Shown: positions 58,983 to 64,000 of the stretch, piece after piece
Position numbering within the stretch: the stretch's first letter is position 1
How the letters are laid out: every line of letters starts with the position of its first letter
Assembly (NCBI GenBank): GCA_016874735.1
Contig: VGTI01000002.1
Span: forward strand, 9,501 to 73,500
Origin: Deltaproteobacteria bacterium
Lineage (GTDB): Bacteria; Bdellovibrionota_B; Oligoflexia; Oligoflexales; CAIYRB01
DNA length: 64,000 bases
Direction: 5' to 3'
Position numbers and translations under genes: made by a program
The notes under the pieces: generated by a model
Told to the model about the DNA's origin: nothing
Database searches by the model: none
The model's input: only the letters and a program-made list of their open reading frames with translations

Positions 58983-61238
58983 CTATACCAATGTCCCACC
59001 AGTCGGCAGTTCAATGACGATACGCGTACCACAAGGCTCATTGTCGAGTAATCTTAGATAACCACCATGATCCGTTATAATCTGTGCAACAATCGCTAAA
59101 CCTAGGCCCGTACCACCATCTTTGGTCGAAAAATAAGGCTCCATTACCCGATCACGAAACTGATGCGGAATACCGGCACCATTATCCATAACTTCGATCC
59201 GTACTGTGCTTAAATCATCCAACATTGATGATTTGAAACTGATCTTCGGTTGGGGACGATCATCAGGAATAGCGGCGATCGCATTCTCGACAAGGTTCAC
59301 AAAAACGCGGTTCATCTGATCTGTATCAATCGGAAAATTAGGGATTTGCCCAAGTCCCTGAGTATCAAAATTGATCGTGGGGTAACTCATTTTGTATAGA
59401 CCAGCAACATCAGCTATGACTGTGTTAATGTACGCCATTTGCAGTTGTACTTGAGGCAGCCTGGAAAACTTCGAGAATTCATTGACCAAATCACGCAGCG
59501 AATCCACCTGTTTCAGAATCGTTTGCAAACACGATTCAAAAACCTCCAAATCTTCACCAGCAAATTTTTCATGGAAGCGCCGTAGTAACCGCTGAGCGCT
59601 CAACTTAATTGGTGTCACAGGGTTTTTGATCTCATGAGCAATGCGTCTGGCGACCTCCCGCCATGCAGCAATCCGCTGCAATTTGACTTTCTCTGTTGCA
59701 TCATCAAAAATGACGACAATCCCCAAATCTACACCAGCCTCATCAGCAATACGGGCACCATCCAAAAGGAGTGTCTGTGGACGGCCAGCGATCACTACTT
59801 CAAGTTGAGCGCTATAGAGATCGTGTGACGACAGACCGTCTGCAACAGGCAACCAAAGTGCCGCGTACAGCTCGGCATCAAAAGCCGATCTTACCGGCAC
59901 ACCAATTAATTTTGAGGCATTTAGGCCGAGAATCTGTTCAGCTGCATCGTTAACGGCAGTGATACAGCCATTGTTGTCAAAGGCAATAACGCCGGTGGTG
60001 ATACTTTTTAGAATCACCTCCATGTACTTGCGTCGTCTATCAAGCTCATCGTTACTTCTAACAAGCTGTTTACGTGCCACCTCGGCTAGCGACCTATGAC
60101 GCTGTAAGTCATGGGTCATCAGGTTAAACGAACGGACGAGCTGTCCGGTCTCATCTTCGGTCCGAGCAGCCAACGCCACACCATAATTACCAAGAGCTAC
60201 CTCCCGCGTACCTTCGGCCAAGGCGCGAATCGGATCTGTGATACCACGAGCGACATAAAATCCGAGCCAGACAGCAGAGAACAGCACTAATAAGGTCATG
60301 ACTATTAACAAAATCAGATAACTTAACTTGATTAACTGCGCCCCAGGCCTGAGATTGGCAAAACTATTCTGAACAGCCTCAATGCTCCGAAGCATCTGTG
60401 TTTCGAATCGAGTTTCGGCAACTACTAATCCGATGAGGCGCCGGGTCTGATTTTGCAGCAGTGGAGCTACCCCTTTGACTACATCCTGCTGCGATTCACC
60501 GATCACAGCACTGGCGGACTGCATGCCAGGGTTACGGCTAAACCTCTCAAGAATTTCAGTGACAAACGGATCCGCTTCACTACTTTGCTTCTGGCTTGTA
60601 GGACGACTCGACCATAATAATTTGCCCCCGCGGTCGTAAACGGACACCTGATCTAGACCGTACTGAGTATCGAATGCATCCAGTAAATGAGCTGGTATGG
60701 TAAGTTTATATGCCCCAATGACCGGCGGCTCAATTAGTGCGGATCTCAGCCGCTGCCCTGCGACTTTAGCCAAACTCTCAAGGCGCCGTTGATCCTGCCT
60801 GTATACGCGCTCGCTAACTTGCCGGGTCTCTTCCATTGTGGCGCGCACTTTGTCCGAAAACCACTCATCGAAACTATTCACGATAAAGCGCGCCGATACG
60901 TAAAAGAATAGAATGGTTGGTGCTAACGCAAAAAATACCAAGGTTGCAACCAACTTGGTCCGCAGATTGCTTCCGAAGACTCCGCGGCGGCGCTCGACTA
61001 CCAACTTGGCAACGTTACGAAAGAGGAGAAAACCTAAAGTCAGGATGAGGATGACGTTAAAGTTGATCAGGCCGAAGTAGACGACCGTGGTCACAAAGTC
61101 CTGATTTTTGGCGAAGGTTTCGCTCAGCCCGAATAGCCTAGTCTCTAGCCGTGACAAAAGCACCAGGACTACCGAAATAAGTGCGATAGCGGCAAATTCT
61201 CCCATCCGTCTTCGCTCTGCTGCCGCTCGCGGTGCCAT
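58983..61238 (-). CDS. NtrY-like sensor histidine kinase (TM-HAMP-PAS-HisKA-HATPase)
   Basis: Four N-terminal TM segments. H-box AHEIKNPVTPIKLSAQRL, N-box FVNLVENAI, G-boxes DNGAGIP and GGTGLGLAIV. The size and layout are typical of NtrY. Confidence 0.8.
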   Translation of the reverse strand: MAPRAAAERRRMGEFAAIALISVVLVLLSRLETRLFGLSETFAKNQDFVTTVVYFGLINFNVILILTLGFLLFRNVAKLVVERRRGVFGSNLRTKLVATLVFFALAPTILFFYVSARFIVNSFDEWFSDKVRATMEETRQVSERVYRQDQRRLESLAKVAGQRLRSALIEPPVIGAYKLTIPAHLLDAFDTQYGLDQVSVYDRGGKLLWSSRPTSQKQSSEADPFVTEILERFSRNPGMQSASAVIGESQQDVVKGVAPLLQNQTRRLIGLVVAETRFETQMLRSIEAVQNSFANLRPGAQLIKLSYLILLIVMTLLVLFSAVWLGFYVARGITDPIRALAEGTREVALGNYGVALAARTEDETGQLVRSFNLMTHDLQRHRSLAEVARKQLVRSNDELDRRRKYMEVILKSITTGVIAFDNNGCITAVNDAAEQILGLNASKLIGVPVRSAFDAELYAALWLPVADGLSSHDLYSAQLEVVIAGRPQTLLLDGARIADEAGVDLGIVVIFDDATEKVKLQRIAAWREVARRIAHEIKNPVTPIKLSAQRLLRRFHEKFAGEDLEVFESCLQTILKQVDSLRDLVNEFSKFSRLPQVQLQMAYINTVIADVAGLYKMSYPTINFDTQGLGQIPNFPIDTDQMNRVFVNLVENAIAAIPDDRPQPKISFKSSMLDDLSTVRIEVMDNGAGIPHQFRDRVMEPYFSTKDGGTGLGLAIVAQIITDHGGYLRLLDNEPCGTRIVIELPTGGTLV

Positions 61239-61245
61239 GACGCGG

Positions 61246-61905
61246 TTACTCCGTCACAGTCACTGGGATCACCGCGAATACACGCCGATCACGTTCAAAC
61301 CTAATCTCATATTTTCCGTCAACTGATTGATTGGCAAACCGCACTTTCACCGACGCATCGTCACCGAGATTAGTGACCACTCTATCCACTTTAAATTGGT
61401 CGCTAGCCTTCACCGTGACTTCGTCGCCTGGTCGCACAATTTTGAGCTGCTGATTTATACGGATCTCTGCGTATCGCAAACTGGGGTCGATAACACGGAT
61501 AAAGGCTGCACCGTGTAAGATGTCTTGTGACGTTGCCAAAATGGACCAGACTTCACCGCGTCGCCCCTCTGAATACCATGAACTGAGACGATCGGTCCTG
61601 AACCGAACTCCACGGTCCTCGCCCACGATTTTACTGGGACTTTTAAATCCAATGATATCCACTTGCTTAACTGCGACCTCTGGTGAGATCAGCTTGGCCT
61701 CTGCCACCTCTAATTCATCTCCGCGCATGACTGAGACTTCCTGGCCATCCTTCAATCGCACAGACTGTCCGTTTATCTTAAGGACAAAATAGTCCAAGCG
61801 CCCACTATCCACGGCGGGCTTAGCTTTTGTAAGAAGCTCTGGACGCACCCAGGCCAATTGGGTGCAGCTCGCTATGGCCGCTAGAAACAGGAATCGCGAT
61901 TTCAC
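61246..61905 (-). CDS. lipoprotein of unknown function
   Basis: The signal has a canonical lipobox (MKSRFLFLAAIASC). The mature part looks beta-rich. The gene is immediately upstream of the kinase (7-nt gap). Confidence 0.6.
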   Translation of the reverse strand: MKSRFLFLAAIASCTQLAWVRPELLTKAKPAVDSGRLDYFVLKINGQSVRLKDGQEVSVMRGDELEVAEAKLISPEVAVKQVDIIGFKSPSKIVGEDRGVRFRTDRLSSWYSEGRRGEVWSILATSQDILHGAAFIRVIDPSLRYAEIRINQQLKIVRPGDEVTVKASDQFKVDRVVTNLGDDASVKVRFANQSVDGKYEIRFERDRRVFAVIPVTVTE

Positions 61906-62048
61906 GGTGGAGCCTCGCTCATTGATCTAGTCCGAGCCTTCAGTCTACCATGGCAGCCAAGGATGATGGCAGTTCTCATTGAATTACCCACACAGGGCTG
62001 TCAGGATACGAAATGATAGGCTGAGATCTGGCAAAAGGAGGAGCGACC

Positions 62049-62957
62049 GTGATCCTGGATCAAAACAGCGTCACCCTATTTGCAGAGCACCTCAAGTCGC
62101 GAGGCAAGCAGCCAGCGACCATCGAATCCTACTGTCGCGATGCTAGCGGGTTTGTCAATTATTTGCGGAACCATCGCTTGACTGTGGATCAAATTGAGCC
62201 AGGCACCCTGTTGGCCTATCAAGATCATTTGCGTGCGGACCTCACTGAGCGGGAGAATTCCGTGCGCCGCACCGTCATCGGAATTCGGCAGTATTTCCGG
62301 TTTCTAACCGACAAATCGCTGGTAAAAGCCAGCCCCTTTGACTCCGTTGCCATCCCGCAGCGTGATGATCGTCTGCGCCGCGGACTGGAGATCGAAGTCA
62401 TAGCACGGTTACTGGAGGCCGCGAGCCAAAGTCAGCCCAGCTGGAAGGGGACCCGCGACGCGGCTATTATTGCGCTGCTTGCCTACGAGGGGATCAAGGC
62501 CAACGAGATCATCGCCCTAAGGTGGTCCGATCTCATGACAGACCTCGCGACCGCTTATCTTCACATCGGAGGTTCTCGTGCCCGTTCGATACGCCTGGGT
62601 CCTGAGTCCCACCGCTTACTTGCCGCCTACCAGCGGCAATACCACACGCTCAATCACCCCGTGCTTTCTCAGGCAAAAGAAAAGCTGATGTTCATCTCTT
62701 TTAAGGGACGAGACGCCAGCTGCCCCTTGCCCAATATGACGCGCCACGGCCTCAAGTTCATCGTCTACGAACTGGGCGACAAAGTCGGCACCAAGAGCCT
62801 TAACACCGAGCAACTGCGGCATTTTGCCGTCACTCACCTTATCGCCCAGGGAATGGCCCCGGATGATATTATGGCCCACCTTGGCTTGCGCCGCTTGGGT
62901 AATATCGCTAAACACTTGGCGAGTGTTGATCACGCGCGTCTAGCTAATTTGGTTTGA
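62049..62957 (+). CDS. XerC/XerD-like tyrosine-recombinase homologue with degenerate catalytic residues
   Basis: GTG start after AAAGGAGGAG. The N-terminal SAM-like domain and C-terminal catalytic-fold blocks align with XerD. The catalytic positions read K (GIKANE), E-x-x-R (EQLRH), L (HLGL) and A (NIAKH) instead of R, H-x-x-R, H and Y. Confidence 0.7.
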   Translation: MILDQNSVTLFAEHLKSRGKQPATIESYCRDASGFVNYLRNHRLTVDQIEPGTLLAYQDHLRADLTERENSVRRTVIGIRQYFRFLTDKSLVKASPFDSVAIPQRDDRLRRGLEIEVIARLLEAASQSQPSWKGTRDAAIIALLAYEGIKANEIIALRWSDLMTDLATAYLHIGGSRARSIRLGPESHRLLAAYQRQYHTLNHPVLSQAKEKLMFISFKGRDASCPLPNMTRHGLKFIVYELGDKVGTKSLNTEQLRHFAVTHLIAQGMAPDDIMAHLGLRRLGNIAKHLASVDHARLANLV

Positions 62958-62967
62958 TGGAAATCTA

Positions 62968-63429
62968 GTGATTGAATCTAAAGTTGAAGACCTAAAATGG
63001 ATGCAAGAAGCGCTGGTCCTTGCCAGGGCGGCAGCTCAACGTGGTGAAGTCCCGGTTGGCGCCGTGATAGTCCATGAGAATCGACTCATCGCGAGCGGTA
63101 GCAATACGCGCGAGGAGCGTCAGGAGGCTATTAGTCATGCAGAGACAGAGGCTATTTCAGCTGCCTGTCGCGCTCTTAGTAGCTGGCGACTTAGCGGCTG
63201 CACTCTCTACGTTACCCTTGAGCCTTGCATCATGTGTGCTGGCGCCATTTATCAAGCGCGACTCGATCGTGTCGTGTTTGGAGCCATTGACCCTAAGGCT
63301 GGTGCCCTGGGTAGCCTCTACCGCATTCACGAGGACACGCGACTAAACCATCGACTCCCCGTGGAGGGCGGCGTTCTAGCCGGGGATTGTGGCGCTATAT
63401 TGAAGGAGTTTTTTCGCGCCAGGAGATAA
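62968..63429 (+). CDS. tadA: tRNA adenosine(34) deaminase
   Basis: CDA-fold zinc motifs HAETEAI and PCIMCAGAI. 153 aa. GTG start per the ORF track. Confidence 0.88.
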   Translation: MIESKVEDLKWMQEALVLARAAAQRGEVPVGAVIVHENRLIASGSNTREERQEAISHAETEAISAACRALSSWRLSGCTLYVTLEPCIMCAGAIYQARLDRVVFGAIDPKAGALGSLYRIHEDTRLNHRLPVEGGVLAGDCGAILKEFFRARR

Positions 63430-63450
63430 CTCTCTGCCAGCTCCGGCAAG

Positions 63451-63900
63451 TCACGGGGCTATGAGTCGGTTGATCTTGATGGTTACACCTTCGTCACCCA
63501 ACCTAACAGGATAAACCTCGCCGACTAAGTCTCCAGGCTGATCGGGGCCCGCAGTGCCATCGACATCCAATCTGGCCTTGAGTTTGAAGGTATCAGGCCA
63601 GGGCTCATCGCCCATCATGCGCTGCATGTTATCTTTGGTCAGCACAAACTCATAAAACTCACCTTGGGCGTCGGTCCCCAGAGTCTTACGAAATGCCCCT
63701 AACGGCATCGGTCGATCAGGCCCTGTCGCAATGATGAAAAGTGTCTGCACTCCGCGAGCACTAGCCACTAACTCTTCACCTATAACGACCGAACCGCGGG
63801 CAAAAGCGTGAGAGGTCTCACCCATTTGACCCGCGGTCACGATAGCTGCAAGTAAGATCACGACACCACCGCCTAATCCCCACCACCCTAACTTCTTCAT
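63451..63900 (-). CDS. membrane-anchored hypothetical protein (resembles the C-terminal domain of CcmI/CycH?)
   Basis: N-terminal TM/signal segment. The block LFIIATGPDRPMPLGAFRK...KARLDVDGTAGPDQPGDLVGE resembles, from memory, the post-TPR C-terminal domain of cytochrome c maturation factor CcmI. This is weak. Confidence 0.35.
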   Translation of the reverse strand: MKKLGWWGLGGGVVILLAAIVTAGQMGETSHAFARGSVVIGEELVASARGVQTLFIIATGPDRPMPLGAFRKTLGTDAQGEFYEFVLTKDNMQRMMGDEPWPDTFKLKARLDVDGTAGPDQPGDLVGEVYPVRLGDEGVTIKINRLIAP

Positions 63901-64000
63901 CTTCGTTCCGTGTCCATGGCCGTGATCTTACCGCTGACTCATTTGACCCAAACTAACTCAGGTGCCAAAACCACGACGGTTGACCTCTGAGTCGAGCAGA

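Noticed and set aside
1-64000. Looked for CRISPR arrays, IS elements or transposases, prophage genes, toxin-antitoxin pairs, restriction-modification genes and rRNA
   Set aside because: I saw no direct-repeat/spacer periodicity, no transposase or integrase-with-att structure, no phage structural genes, and no rRNA-like sequence. The only integrase-like gene is the degenerate Xer homologue reported above.

Overview
This 64-kb chromosomal window comes from a diderm bacterium. The gene content looks deltaproteobacteria-like or Bdellovibrionota/Oligoflexia-like, but that placement is low confidence. Almost all of the window is coding.

The conserved core at 39.4-56.7 kb lies on the minus strand: tRNA-Thr/Tyr/Gly/Thr, tuf, tRNA-Trp, secE, nusG, rplKAJL, rpoBC, rpsL, rpsG, fusA, tRNA-Val.

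Three accessory blocks surround it:
- 4.1-11.9 kb: a Lol/MacB-like ABC system (ATPase, two FtsX permeases, a LolA-like protein) preceded by an M16 peptidase pair.
- 17.9-24.2 kb: a tightly coupled operon encoding a membrane-anchored Fe-S flavoprotein, a tetraheme cytochrome, an outer-membrane barrel candidate and a 36-heme cytochrome c. Its gene order resembles a porin-cytochrome electron conduit.
- 24.2-39.3 kb: a polysaccharide locus (GT26, GT4, GT2 synthase, flippase, GH2, GH44, GNAT). It contains a carrier-protein aminoacylation module built on a truncated class-II aminoacyl-tRNA-synthetase homologue, plus a fused pair of atypical alpha/beta-hydrolase domains. I consider this block the best candidate for an undescribed system.

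Other oddities are a Xer-like protein lacking most tyrosine-recombinase catalytic residues and an alpha/beta hydrolase with Gly at the nucleophile position. I saw no CRISPR array, IS element, prophage or rRNA.

All family calls rest on motifs read by eye. No searches were run.
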